64,000 nucleotides of DNA. Source: an uncultured Nitrospiraceae bacterium. GTDB taxonomy: Bacteria > Nitrospirota > UBA9217. The translations under genes and the position numbers were made by a program. The stretch spans positions 691,723 through 755,722 of the forward strand of contig CAYUSP010000003.1 in NCBI GenBank assembly GCA_964447405.1, read 5' to 3'. This document shows positions 16,637 through 25,570 of the stretch, piece after piece. The first letter of the stretch is position 1. Each line of letters opens with the position of its first letter. The notes beneath the pieces were generated by a model that saw only the letters and a program-made list of their open reading frames with translations, did not search any database and was not told the origin of the DNA.

Positions 16637-16689
16637 ACTATTGATAAGAGGGAAACGTCGGTGAAGGATTCTATCTTACTTCTATCTTC

Positions 16690-17877
16690 TTACCTCTTCG
16701 CCTGCTCCTCTTCCCTCTCCATGCGAGCGTTCAGCTGTTTGTTGAACATATGATAGTTGCGTTTCATTTCCTCGATGCTGTCGCCGCCGAACTTGTCGAT
16801 CATGGCCGCTGCGATCTCGAAGGCAACCACTGCTTCCGCCACTACTCCTGCCGCGGGCACGGCGCAGACATCGGAGCGGTGCACGCTTGCCTTGAACGGC
16901 GTCTTGCTTACCAGATCAACGGAACGGAGCGGCTTCATCAGTGTGGGGATCGGCTTCATTGCCGCCCGAAGCGTTATGATCTCACCGTTGCTGATGCCGC
17001 CCTCGATCCCGCCCGCCAGATTGGTCTTGCGATAGAAACCGTCCTTCTTGTTCCACAATATCTCATCATGTACCTGGGATCCGGGCTTGTTGGCTGCACC
17101 GAATCCCGCACCGACCTCTACTCCCTTGATGGCCTGAATGCTCATGAGTGCGGCGGCAAGCCTGCTGTCGAGCTTCCGGTCCCAGTGCACGTGGCTGCCA
17201 AGTCCCATGGGCACACCGGTGATAAGCACCTCGAACACGCCACCCAGCGAGTCACCGGCCGCCCGTGCTTCATCGATCCGGCGCATCATGCGCTTCTCGG
17301 CCTCATGGTCAGCGCACCGCAGCTCCGATGCTTCCGCTTTTTTCCTGGTCTCTGCTGGTGCCATGGGTACCTTGGCATGGACATTCCCTATCGACAGCAC
17401 GTGGCTTATAACATCGATCCCAAATTCCTCAAGCAGCCTTTTTGCCACGGCACCTACAGCGACCCGCATGGCGGTCTCGCGTGCGCTCGACCTCTCCAGA
17501 ACGTTTCTTATGTCCGTGAATCCGTACTTCATGGCGCCGGCAAGGTCCGCATGGCCGGGACGGGGGCGGGTCACGGGGTCAGCAGAATTCAGGAACATGG
17601 GATCTGGTGACATCTTGTCGCGCCAGTTCTCCCAGTCCTTGTTGCGGACCATGAGGCCAAGAGGGCTGCCGAGCGTCTTTCCCCAGCGGACACCGGTGTA
17701 GATCTTGACCGTATCCTTTTCGATCTTCATCCGGTCACCGCGTCCGTATCCACCCTGCCTTCGGGCAAGATCACTATCTATATCCGTGACTCGTATCAGA
17801 AGGCCCGCTGGCAAGCCCTCAATAATGCCCATGAGCAGCTCGCCGTGCGATTCCCCAGCAGTCAGATAACGCAGCAT
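16690..17877 (-). CDS. aroC: Chorismate synthase
   Basis: 395 aa. The [12 protein letters not shown] start and the RPGHAD and GRSSARETA-like motifs fit AroC. Confidence 0.92.
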   Translation of the reverse strand: MLRYLTAGESHGELLMGIIEGLPAGLLIRVTDIDSDLARRQGGYGRGDRMKIEKDTVKIYTGVRWGKTLGSPLGLMVRNKDWENWRDKMSPDPMFLNSADPVTRPRPGHADLAGAMKYGFTDIRNVLERSSARETAMRVAVGAVAKRLLEEFGIDVISHVLSIGNVHAKVPMAPAETRKKAEASELRCADHEAEKRMMRRIDEARAAGDSLGGVFEVLITGVPMGLGSHVHWDRKLDSRLAAALMSIQAIKGVEVGAGFGAANKPGSQVHDEILWNKKDGFYRKTNLAGGIEGGISNGEIITLRAAMKPIPTLMKPLRSVDLVSKTPFKASVHRSDVCAVPAAGVVAEAVVAFEIAAAMIDKFGGDSIEEMKRNYHMFNKQLNARMEREEEQAKR

Positions 17878-18105
17878 AAATTATCCCCCCTCCACAAATG
17901 GAACACTTACAGTTCAGCTTTGTTAAAGAAAAATAGCGAAAAAACCCGTAAAATCGCGCTCATCATAGCAAATTTGCAGTAGAAGTGCAATCAAAAGTAT
18001 GGTACTATTCAGCGTATTTTTTGGGTTTTTGGGGGTTTTTTCGCAATAAATTGACCTTCAAAAAATATATCCCATTACAACCGCACTCACGTTAGGATCA
18101 ATATC

Positions 18106-18549
18106 ATGGACTATAGACAGGGAACGTATGGAAGGGTTTTTATTCTCAAATTTGACGATAAAGACGATCTCCTTAAAGAAATCAAGCAATTAGCTGGTAA
18201 AGAAAAAATCCGGGCTGGTACGATAATGCTTCTGGGCGGCATGCGCTCATGCGGTGTCGTCTCCGGTCCCAGGGAACCGGTGATACCACCAGAACCAGTG
18301 TGGTTCAACTTCAATGATGGCAGAGAAGTTCTTGGCTTCGGCACGCTGTTCTGGCAGGAGAATGAGCCAATTATCCATCTGCACGGTGCAATAGGCCGCG
18401 GAAGCGAGACCGTGACCGGATGTATTCGCAAGGACTCACGCGTGTATCTGGTCGTGGAAGCAGTGATCACCGAGATCCTCGGCATAGAAGCCCGCAAAGC
18501 CACGGATGCAAATTCCGGTCTGGTAATGCTGCAATTGGGAAAATCATGA
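18106..18549 (+). CDS. PPC (DUF296) domain protein
   Basis: 147 aa. ...GRVFILKFDDKDDLLKEI...IMLLGGMRS...IHLHGAIG... is the pattern of the plants-and-prokaryotes-conserved domain. Confidence 0.6.
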   Translation: MDYRQGTYGRVFILKFDDKDDLLKEIKQLAGKEKIRAGTIMLLGGMRSCGVVSGPREPVIPPEPVWFNFNDGREVLGFGTLFWQENEPIIHLHGAIGRGSETVTGCIRKDSRVYLVVEAVITEILGIEARKATDANSGLVMLQLGKS

Positions 18550-18583
18550 GTAGTCATCCGCATCGCTTCAAGGGGCGTCAGCC

Positions 18584-19309
18584 ATGATCGCCCTGCTCTG
18601 TTCAGTCAACGCTGAAGCGGATATTCTTCTGCCGCTCATAGATGTTTCCCGATCCTCCGCAATAGGTTCCAAAATGATCGTTGAGGGGACGGTGTCTGAC
18701 CAGCAGGTGCTGCTGTGCGTGGGAGGAATGGGCAAGGTTAATGCGGGACACGCGGCAACGCTGCTGCTCGACCGGTTCGATCCGGAGGTTATCATCAGTT
18801 TCGGGATCGGGGGTGCATACCCCTCGTCAGGCGCACGCATCGGGGATATCGCCCTCGCGCAGGAAGAGATCGCCGGCGATGAAGGGGTACTGACCCTGGA
18901 CGGATTCAAGGATACGGAGTATATCGGTATTCCGCTCCTGAAAACAGCATCTGCAGTCATCTATACAACGTATCCCGCGCCAACAGCCTTGCTGAAGCAG
19001 GCGCTTCACTCATTAGTTTCCCGTCCGCATGAGGGCAATATTCATGTGGGAAAATTCGTCACCTTATCCACCTGCACCGGCACTGCATCCCGGGCCCGGG
19101 AGCTTGAAGAGCGCCATCACGGGCTCTGCGAGAACATGGAGGGAGCGGCCGTGGCCCAGGTTGCGATGCTGCATAACCTGCCGTGGCTTGAGGTGCGGGG
19201 CATATCGAACATGGTCGAGGACCGAGATCCGAAGAAATGGGACATTTCACGCGCCACGGCGGCCGTACAGAACGCGGTCCTTACCATGCTCGCCGGATGG
19301 CGGTTATGA
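18584..19309 (+). CDS. mqnB: Futalosine hydrolase (nucleosidase family)
   Basis: 241 aa with a PNP_UDP-type fold: GGMGKVNAGHAA...SFGIGGAY...CENMEGAAVAQV...RGISNMVEDRD. It is translationally coupled to mqnD. Confidence 0.75.
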   Translation: MIALLCSVNAEADILLPLIDVSRSSAIGSKMIVEGTVSDQQVLLCVGGMGKVNAGHAATLLLDRFDPEVIISFGIGGAYPSSGARIGDIALAQEEIAGDEGVLTLDGFKDTEYIGIPLLKTASAVIYTTYPAPTALLKQALHSLVSRPHEGNIHVGKFVTLSTCTGTASRARELEERHHGLCENMEGAAVAQVAMLHNLPWLEVRGISNMVEDRDPKKWDISRATAAVQNAVLTMLAGWRL

Positions 19310-20145
19310 CTGCCGTGCTCACGATAGGCTACTCGCCCTGTCCTAACGATACCTATATTTTCTACGCTCTCACCCACGGCAAAGTAAGGATTCCGAATAT
19401 CGCCTTCCGTGAACAACTTGATGACGTCGAGACGCTGAACCGCATGGCACTCGAGGGTACGCTCGACATCACCAAGATTTCCTACCACGCCCTCGGCCAT
19501 CTGCGCGAGCAATACGCCCTGCTCCGGTCCGGCAGCGCGCTTGGCCGGGGATGCGGCCCGCTCGTGGTTACAAAACCGGGAACAACGCTGGATTTGGTCA
19601 GGAAAGGTTTGATCGCCATTCCCGGCGAACTCACGACAGCCCATCTTCTCCTTCGTCTCTTCGATCCCCAGATCACGAATCTAAAGGTGATGGCCTTCGA
19701 CCGCATCATGGACGCGGTAGCGCACGGGGAAGTTTTGGCCGGGCTTATCATCCACGAGAGTCGATTCACCTATCCATTGTACAAACTCGAAAAACTTATC
19801 GACCTCGGTGAATGGTGGGAGCGGTTCTCCAACCTACCGATCCCCCTGGGCGGCATCCTGGGCAGGCGTGCGCTCGGCAAAGATGTTTTACTTCGGGTGG
19901 AAGCCGGCATCCGGGAAAGCCTGCATTATGCGAATTCACACCCCGATGAGGTGCTGTCCTATTGTAAACAGCACAGCCAGGAGATGGATGAATCCGTGAT
20001 GAAGGACCACATAGACCTGTATGTGAATGACTTCTCACTTGACCTGGGAAAGGATGGCATGGCTGCGGTGCGGAGGCTTTTTGATGAAGCCGAGGCGCGG
20101 GGAATCTTTCCCCGTTCGGACATGCCGTTGCTTGCTGGGGAGTGA
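19306..20145 (+). CDS. mqnD: 1,4-dihydroxy-6-naphthoate synthase
   Basis: ORF trimmed to the ATG at 19306, which forms an ATGA overlap with the mqnB stop. TIGYSPCPNDTYIFYAL...DDVETLN...DITKISYHA...SGSALGRGCGPLVV is the MqnD signature. Confidence 0.8.
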   Translation: MTAVLTIGYSPCPNDTYIFYALTHGKVRIPNIAFREQLDDVETLNRMALEGTLDITKISYHALGHLREQYALLRSGSALGRGCGPLVVTKPGTTLDLVRKGLIAIPGELTTAHLLLRLFDPQITNLKVMAFDRIMDAVAHGEVLAGLIIHESRFTYPLYKLEKLIDLGEWWERFSNLPIPLGGILGRRALGKDVLLRVEAGIRESLHYANSHPDEVLSYCKQHSQEMDESVMKDHIDLYVNDFSLDLGKDGMAAVRRLFDEAEARGIFPRSDMPLLAGE

Positions 20146-20246
20146 ATTTATTATGCAGGGACGCTGATGAGTATGCTATACTTTTTTCACGTTGACAGAC
20201 CGCGGAATTGCGCGATCAAACACTAAGAAGATTCGAGGGAGGCGCT

Positions 20247-20807
20247 ATGGTTGGCTGGATACTGCTTGCTGTGCTTGGCCTGGTCATTATCTGGATCATC
20301 GTGATCTATAATGGGCTCGTATCGTTACGGAACGAGGTGCAGAATGCGTGGAAGCAGATCGATGTGCAGTTGAAACGCAGGCATGATCTGATCCCGAACC
20401 TGGTGGCAGCTGTGAAAGGCGCGCTGGAATTCGAACAGGACACCCTCGAAAAAGTGATTTCAGCCCGGGCAAAGGCCGTTTCCGCGGGATCTGCCGCATC
20501 CAAAGCCGACGCTGAGAACATGCTGACCCAGGCCATCGGAAAGCTCTTTGCCGTGATGGAGAACTACCCCGCGCTCAAAAGCAACGAAAACGTCCTGCGT
20601 CTCCAGGAGGAGTTGACCTCAACCGAGAACAGGATTTCCTTCGCGCGACAGTTGTATAATGACCTCGTTGCTAATTACCGGACCAGGCTCCAGGTCTTCC
20701 CGAACAATATCATTTCGTCAATGTTCAACTTTCAGACCGAGGAATATTTTTCAGCCGAGGAGCAGGCCAAGGCCACACCGGCTGTGAATCTGAGCATAAG
20801 GAAATAG
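20247..20807 (+). CDS. lemA: LemA family protein
   Basis: ORF trimmed to the ATG at 20247, preceded by GGGAGG. It has an N-terminal TM helix and YNGLV.LRN.V..AW.QIDVQLKRRHDLIPNLV, the LemA pattern. Confidence 0.85.
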   Translation: MVGWILLAVLGLVIIWIIVIYNGLVSLRNEVQNAWKQIDVQLKRRHDLIPNLVAAVKGALEFEQDTLEKVISARAKAVSAGSAASKADAENMLTQAIGKLFAVMENYPALKSNENVLRLQEELTSTENRISFARQLYNDLVANYRTRLQVFPNNIISSMFNFQTEEYFSAEEQAKATPAVNLSIRK

Positions 20808-20810
20808 AAC

Positions 20811-20921
20811 GGACAGAAGTAAGAAGACAGACTGAACCAATATACCGCACGCTTGTATACCTTGTCTATTGTCTGACTTCTCTCTTCTGTCCTCTGTCTT
20901 CTGTCCTCTGTCTTCTGACCC
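20811..20921. repeat. Cargo-less hairpin element related to the four-helix-bundle cassette, plus tandem CTCTGTCTTCTGTC units
   Basis: The left arm GGACAGAAGTAAGAAGACAGAC (20811-20832) pairs with GTCTGACTTCTCTCTTCTGTCC (20871-20892) at 19 of 22 positions. Its first 16 nt are identical to 29288-29303. It starts 3 nt after the lemA stop. Confidence 0.8.
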
Positions 20922-20926
20922 TCACC

Positions 20927-22561
20927 ATGCCCCTTACCTTTATTGACATAGAACGGCAGAAGAGCTGGCGCATAGGAATCTTTTTCCTCGTTCTCCTCGC
21001 GTTGTACCTCGTGATAGCGGCTCTCTTTGTAACCGCCTTTTTCCCCATTCCCTGGCATGGCGCGCTGCAGTTCTGGTTGATTGTCGGACTGGCTGCGCTG
21101 TTCATTGCAGGGATTCACTTCTGGTTCTCCGCATATGACACGGTCAGGACGGTAATACAAGGCCTCGAAGGCCAGCCGCCCGATCCTCAGGACGACGTGC
21201 ATACGATGTTCCTGAACATCATACAGGAGATCCAGGTCGTGACCGGGAGCAAACGGAAGATTCAGTGCACCGTGATTCCCTCATTCTCCCTGAATGCGCT
21301 GGCGGTTGCGGATCTCAGGGGCGAGGCTGCGATAGGAATCACGGAAGGTCTGCTGTCGCGCCTTACCCGGCCCCAGCTCGAAGCGGTCATCGCGCATGAA
21401 GCGCACCACATCCTTTCAGGGGATTGCCTGGAAGCCACCGTAGCTGCAAGCCTGTTCGGCACGTATGTATCTGCCATTGAAAAAATGAGCGCGACGTCAC
21501 AGGGCCGGGCCTTTGCGTCGCCCACGCTCCTGCTGGCCTGGCTGCTGATGAAACTGAGCCAGCTCCTGAACATGTTCATTTCTCGCGAGCGCGAGTACCG
21601 GGCCGACGCCGCAGCTGTACGCATGACCAGAAACCCCATCGCGCTCGCAGAGACACTCTATATGCTGTCGCGAAGCTGGCGGGGCGCTGGTTTTATCGGC
21701 AGCGGATACGAAATGCTCTGTATCGTGAATCCCCGATCAGCGTTCATGGACGAAACCGAAGGATTCTGGGCCGACCTGCTGTCCACGCATCCTCCGCTCC
21801 GGAAAAGGATGGACATTCTGCTTTCCATGGCGCATGCGAACATCGCTGAATTGGATGCCCGTTCAGCGGGGGCAGCAGATCACAAGCCGACAAAGGTGGA
21901 ACTTCGATACTATGCCATGAATCCCCAGCAAAAGTGGCAGGGGCCGTTCACGCCGGCAGAACTCGGCGAACTGCTGTGGTTGTCGCCCCTTACCTGGGTC
22001 ACGCAGGGCAAGAATCATCCCGTGGACCGCGCTTCGAAAGAGCCTTCCCTCAACGCCATTTTCATGGCTAAACTTGCCTCGCAGGAGCGGCCTCTTTCGG
22101 ATTTTTCCTGCCCTGCCTGCAGCCAGCAGCTCGTTATAAGTTCTTATGAAGGCACTCAGATCTATCAATGCAGATTTTGTTCCGGCATTCTGGTGGATAT
22201 GATGAAAATACCCCGGATCATCGCTCGAACAAGCCGGGAGCGTCTGTGCTCGGAGAGGATCGTATCTCTTGCCAAGGCAGTCGCTTCGGCAAATCAAATG
22301 AAAGTTACGCTTCAGAAACACGCTGCGGGTGGGCATAAGGCGGTTGCGCTTCTGCCGTGCCCGAAATGCGGCAATCCCATGTTCAGGTGCTTTTACAGCC
22401 AGGCCCACCTGATTGAAATAGACCGCTGCAGTTTCTGCAGCCTCACATGGTTCGAGCAGGACGAGCTCGAAATGCTGCAATGCATGATAGAGCACAGGTT
22501 GATGCCGGATGTCACCGGGCAGGAACAGATTACTCTGCCAACTGCTGAAGCATGGATTTAA
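20927..22561 (+). CDS. M48 family zinc metallopeptidase with a C-terminal GYF_2-like domain and two zinc-ribbons
   Basis: 544 aa. It has N-terminal TM helices and HEAHHIL (HExxH). YYAMNPQQKWQGPFTPAEL is GYF_2-like. CPACS...CRFCSG and CPKCG...CSFCSLTWFEQDELE are zf-TFIIB-type ribbons. Confidence 0.75.
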   Translation: MPLTFIDIERQKSWRIGIFFLVLLALYLVIAALFVTAFFPIPWHGALQFWLIVGLAALFIAGIHFWFSAYDTVRTVIQGLEGQPPDPQDDVHTMFLNIIQEIQVVTGSKRKIQCTVIPSFSLNALAVADLRGEAAIGITEGLLSRLTRPQLEAVIAHEAHHILSGDCLEATVAASLFGTYVSAIEKMSATSQGRAFASPTLLLAWLLMKLSQLLNMFISREREYRADAAAVRMTRNPIALAETLYMLSRSWRGAGFIGSGYEMLCIVNPRSAFMDETEGFWADLLSTHPPLRKRMDILLSMAHANIAELDARSAGAADHKPTKVELRYYAMNPQQKWQGPFTPAELGELLWLSPLTWVTQGKNHPVDRASKEPSLNAIFMAKLASQERPLSDFSCPACSQQLVISSYEGTQIYQCRFCSGILVDMMKIPRIIARTSRERLCSERIVSLAKAVASANQMKVTLQKHAAGGHKAVALLPCPKCGNPMFRCFYSQAHLIEIDRCSFCSLTWFEQDELEMLQCMIEHRLMPDVTGQEQITLPTAEAWI

Positions 22562-22576
22562 AGGACGCGAACATAC

Positions 22577-23251
22577 ATGATCACGATTAAGTTATTTGCG
22601 AATCTGAAGGACAAGGCAGGAAAGAGCGAGCTGCATATAGCTGCACAACAACTCACCCTATCAGACCTTATTGAGCGGATTGCCCGGGAGCATCCCGCCC
22701 TGTCCGAAATGCTATCCTGCGGCAGGATCATTGTATCTATCAATCAGGAGCTCGCGGGCAGGGATGCACTGATCAAGGATGGCGATGAAGTTGCGCTTAT
22801 GCCGCCGTTCTCGGGAGGTGGTCCGTCAGCGGGCGTAGTCCGAATACAGAAAGAGCCTTTTTCCATAGAAGAGGAAACAACTCGGCTGAAAACCTCATCA
22901 GCGTCCATCGGAGCGATTGTGGCATTCCTCGGGACTACCCGCGATATATCCAGGAATAAAAAGGTATCCCAGCTGGAGTTCGAACACTATCCCGGCATGG
23001 CGGAAAAAATGCTTCTCGAGTTGAGAGAGCGGGCGATCAGGGATTATAGGATACTCGATGCGACGATCATACACCGCACCGGCATCATACCCGCGGGCGA
23101 CGACATCGTCCTCGTCCTCGTCGCGGCCGGGCACCGCGACGAAGCATTTGCAGCATGCCGCTTCTGCATTGATGAACTAAAGAGAACTGCGCCTATCTGG
23201 AAAAAAGAGACCACGCCGGAAGGCGAGGTGTGGGTGGAGGAACATCCATGA
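22577..23251 (+). CDS. Fused MoaD-MoaE molybdopterin synthase (small and large subunits in one ORF)
   Basis: 224 aa. The N-terminal ~81 aa form a ThiS/MoaD-type fold ending ...ALMPPFSGG. This is followed by a MoaE-like region (IGAIVAFLGTTRD...EHYPGMAEK...LVLVAAGHRDEAFAACRFCIDELKRTAPIWKKE). Confidence 0.8.
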   Translation: MITIKLFANLKDKAGKSELHIAAQQLTLSDLIERIAREHPALSEMLSCGRIIVSINQELAGRDALIKDGDEVALMPPFSGGGPSAGVVRIQKEPFSIEEETTRLKTSSASIGAIVAFLGTTRDISRNKKVSQLEFEHYPGMAEKMLLELRERAIRDYRILDATIIHRTGIIPAGDDIVLVLVAAGHRDEAFAACRFCIDELKRTAPIWKKETTPEGEVWVEEHP

Positions 23252-23372
23252 GGCAGAGGTTAGAAGATTGATGACAGGCAAACCCAATAAAGCTCTTTGG
23301 TTCAGACTGCTATCTTTAATCTCTTGTTAGTCTGTCTTCTGACAGTCTGTTCTTATCGTCTTTTGTGCTCAA

Positions 23373-23792
23373 TTATTTCTTCGCTACTTTTTTCCCGTCC
23401 CGGAGGAAGACAACGCAGGTTGTGCAGTCCGCGTCCTGCCGGCATCGGGTGGTTTCCCAGCAGGGTTTGCTCTTGTTCGTGAATGCCGTGCAGATTACCC
23501 GACGATCGTCCGGGCAGTCCCGTATCTCCCAGCAAGGTGCGTAATCAAGTAGTTTCTTGATCCCTTCAATGCTGATTTTCTTCGCATGGATCAGTTCACG
23601 GATACATCGCAGCCACTTAATATCATTTTCCGTATAGAGCCGGTTCCTGCGCTCCCGTGTCGGAAGAATGAGGCCGTGCTTTTCATAGAGGCGCAGCGTC
23701 TGTGCCGTCGTCCCGACGAGTTTGGCTGCAATACCCATGGTATAGAGCGGAGCATCCTTGTCTTTCATTGCATCGAGGCTTTCTGGTGCCAT
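23373..23792 (-). CDS. MerR family transcriptional regulator with a Cys-rich C-terminal domain
   Basis: 139 aa. The HTH is YTMGIAAKLVGTTAQTLRLYEKHGLILP. The C-terminal 45 aa contain 7 Cys, including two CWE motifs (CWEIRDCP...ICT...PCWETTRCRQDADCTTC). Confidence 0.75.
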   Translation of the reverse strand: MAPESLDAMKDKDAPLYTMGIAAKLVGTTAQTLRLYEKHGLILPTRERRNRLYTENDIKWLRCIRELIHAKKISIEGIKKLLDYAPCWEIRDCPDDRRVICTAFTNKSKPCWETTRCRQDADCTTCVVFLRDGKKVAKK

Positions 23793-23818
23793 ATGTTTTT
23801 TCTGTTCCCTTCGGATTT

Positions 23819-24535
23819 TTACCGTGGAATAAGGATTGTCATTTTATCCAGAATCAGCAGCACGCCCATGATGATCAGGATGATGCCGCTGGTGATCTTG
23901 ACTGCCTTGAAATGTTTTTTTAACACATTGAATGACGAAAGGAAGGCGCTGATGGCGATGGCCGAAAGGATGAATGGTACGCCAAGACCGAGCGAATAAA
24001 ACATGAGCAGTGTCATCCCGCTTCCCAGCGTATCGCTCGTCACGGCAAGAGCAAGGACCGATCCCAGAAAAGGCCCGGTGCATGGCGTCCAACCTGCTCC
24101 GAAGATCATACCGACGACAACCGTACCCAAATAACCTGCGGGCCGCGATTTAAGACTGAGCTTTGCTTCCTGCTGCAAAAATGGGATGTTGACGACATCC
24201 ATCACAAATACACCCATGATAATAACCAGCACTCCTCCCACAATACGAATGACATCGAGGTGCTGCGAAAGTATGCTGCCCGCAAGGCTCGCCGTGGCGC
24301 CGAGGAGCACGAAAATGATCGAGAACCCCGCCACGAATGCCAGTGAATGGAGCAGGGTAATGCTCATGTTCTTCCGGCGCGTCTCCCTGCTGACCAACTC
24401 GTCGTAACTGATCCCGGTTATATAGGAAACGTAGGAGGGGATAAGCGGCAGAATGCAGGGAGAAGCAAAAGAAATAATCCCCATGACGAGTGAGTAAAGC
24501 AGGACATACGGCGTCAAACCATGCGAAAGGTCCAT
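23819..24535 (-). CDS. ccdA: Cytochrome c biogenesis thiol-disulfide transporter CcdA (DsbD transmembrane-domain family)
   Basis: ORF trimmed to the ATG at 24535. It has multiple TM helices, with ...FASPCILPLIPSYVSYITG... and ...AGWTPCTGPFLGSVL... as the conserved Cys motifs. Confidence 0.8.
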   Translation of the reverse strand: MDLSHGLTPYVLLYSLVMGIISFASPCILPLIPSYVSYITGISYDELVSRETRRKNMSITLLHSLAFVAGFSIIFVLLGATASLAGSILSQHLDVIRIVGGVLVIIMGVFVMDVVNIPFLQQEAKLSLKSRPAGYLGTVVVGMIFGAGWTPCTGPFLGSVLALAVTSDTLGSGMTLLMFYSLGLGVPFILSAIAISAFLSSFNVLKKHFKAVKITSGIILIIMGVLLILDKMTILIPR

Positions 24536-24729
24536 GCAGGATAATCTCCCTTTAAAAACAGCAATGCATAATACCAAAGCAGGTCAAATTTAGTCAAGCA
24601 ATACTTTTGTTATTCTCGGGTTGATGTGTTCTAAAGTTCAGACTATGCCGGGTTTTTCGCTTGATATTTCTCTGTTGCCGGCACACTCGTTCCGCACGCC
24701 ATTCCCACAGACACACGGCATTTTTTTTA

Positions 24730-24758
24730 TTGACAAAGAATGGCAAGTTCACTATTCT
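24730..24758 (+). promoter_or_regulatory. Candidate sigma-70 promoter TTGACA-17-TATTCT with an upstream T-tract
   Basis: -35 is at 24730-24735 and -10 at 24753-24758. It lies ~50 nt upstream of the ATG at 24807, which has an AGGAGG RBS. Confidence 0.45.
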
Positions 24759-24806
24759 TCAGCTCGAATCAATCGCAGCAATTCTGTGCATAGGAGGATC
24801 AATTCG

Positions 24807-25433
24807 ATGTACATCGATCAACCGATACGACAGTTTATGGACAAACTGGCCAGCAAATCTCCCGAACCTGGAGGCGGCAGCGTAGCAGCGCTTACCGGAT
24901 CGCTCGGTGCGGCACTGGTAAGCATGGTCTCGAATCTCACCCTCGGTAAGGAAAAATACAAGGACGTTCAGCCTCAGATCGAACAGTTGCTCAAGGAATC
25001 GGAAAAACTGCGAACAGAAATGCAGGACCTCATCCAGAAGGACACCGAAGTATATGGCGCTCTTTCCGAAGTTTACAAGATGCCAAAGAATACTGATGCG
25101 GAAAAAGCTGCGCGCACTGCAAAGATGCAGGTGGCGTTGAAAAATGCCTGCCAGGTTCCCTTTGACATCGGGATGAAATCACTGGAAGTGGCGAAACTCG
25201 CCCGTCGCGCTGCCGATATCGGGAATGTTGGCGCGGTCAGCGACGCGGGCGTGGCCGTGCTGCTCGCCCAGGCCTGTGCGCAGAGTGCCGCGCTCAATGT
25301 CAAGATCAACGTGAACAGCATCAAGGATGATGCATACAACCAAGACACCTGGACACGCATGCAGGATGTGCTCGGCCAGGTTGCGGCTCTGGAAAAATCA
25401 GTGATGGAAACGACGTATAAGAAAATGGGCTAA
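24807..25433 (+). CDS. Cyclodeaminase/cyclohydrolase family protein (FTCD C-terminal / FchA-like methenyl-THF cyclohydrolase candidate)
   Basis: ORF trimmed to the ATG at 24807. ...FMDKLASKSPEPGGGSVAALTGSLGAALVSMVSNLTLGKEKY... is the family hallmark. Confidence 0.7.
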   Translation: MYIDQPIRQFMDKLASKSPEPGGGSVAALTGSLGAALVSMVSNLTLGKEKYKDVQPQIEQLLKESEKLRTEMQDLIQKDTEVYGALSEVYKMPKNTDAEKAARTAKMQVALKNACQVPFDIGMKSLEVAKLARRAADIGNVGAVSDAGVAVLLAQACAQSAALNVKINVNSIKDDAYNQDTWTRMQDVLGQVAALEKSVMETTYKKMG

Positions 25434-25439
25434 AATATT

Positions 25440-25547
25440 GGGTCATGTAGCATGGGTCAAGCAGCAAGGATCCAAGAGCGGGCGGTAACGATCTTGTTTG
25501 ATGGTTCTCCCCATGCTACTTGCTACAGTGCTTTTGCTACTTGACCC
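25440..25547. repeat. Hairpin element with arms built from GGGTCA(A/T)G(T/C)AGCA units
   Basis: GGGTCATGTAGCATGGGTCAAGCAGCAAGG (25440-25469) faces CCATGCTACTTGCTACAGTGCTTTTGCTACTTGACCC (25511-25547). The outer 14 bp pair at 13 of 14 positions. It starts 6 nt after the upstream stop. Confidence 0.7.
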
Positions 25548-25570
25548 TCTTCGACGAAGGAGAAGAACAC

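Noticed and set aside
20811-20921. Tandem short repeats (also at 29288-29315, 301-332 and 728-759) considered as CRISPR arrays
   Set aside because: The units are 6-14 nt, contiguous or hairpin-forming, and have no spacer-sized unique intervals of ~30 nt. No cas genes are present.
23252-23372. Possible further hairpin element after moaDE (GGCAGAGGTTAGAAG... / ...GTCTGTCTTCTGACAG)
   Set aside because: It shares CAGAGG/CAGAAG-type units with the other elements, but I can pair only a 5-bp CTGTC/GACAG stem convincingly. It is treated as a degenerate remnant at most.
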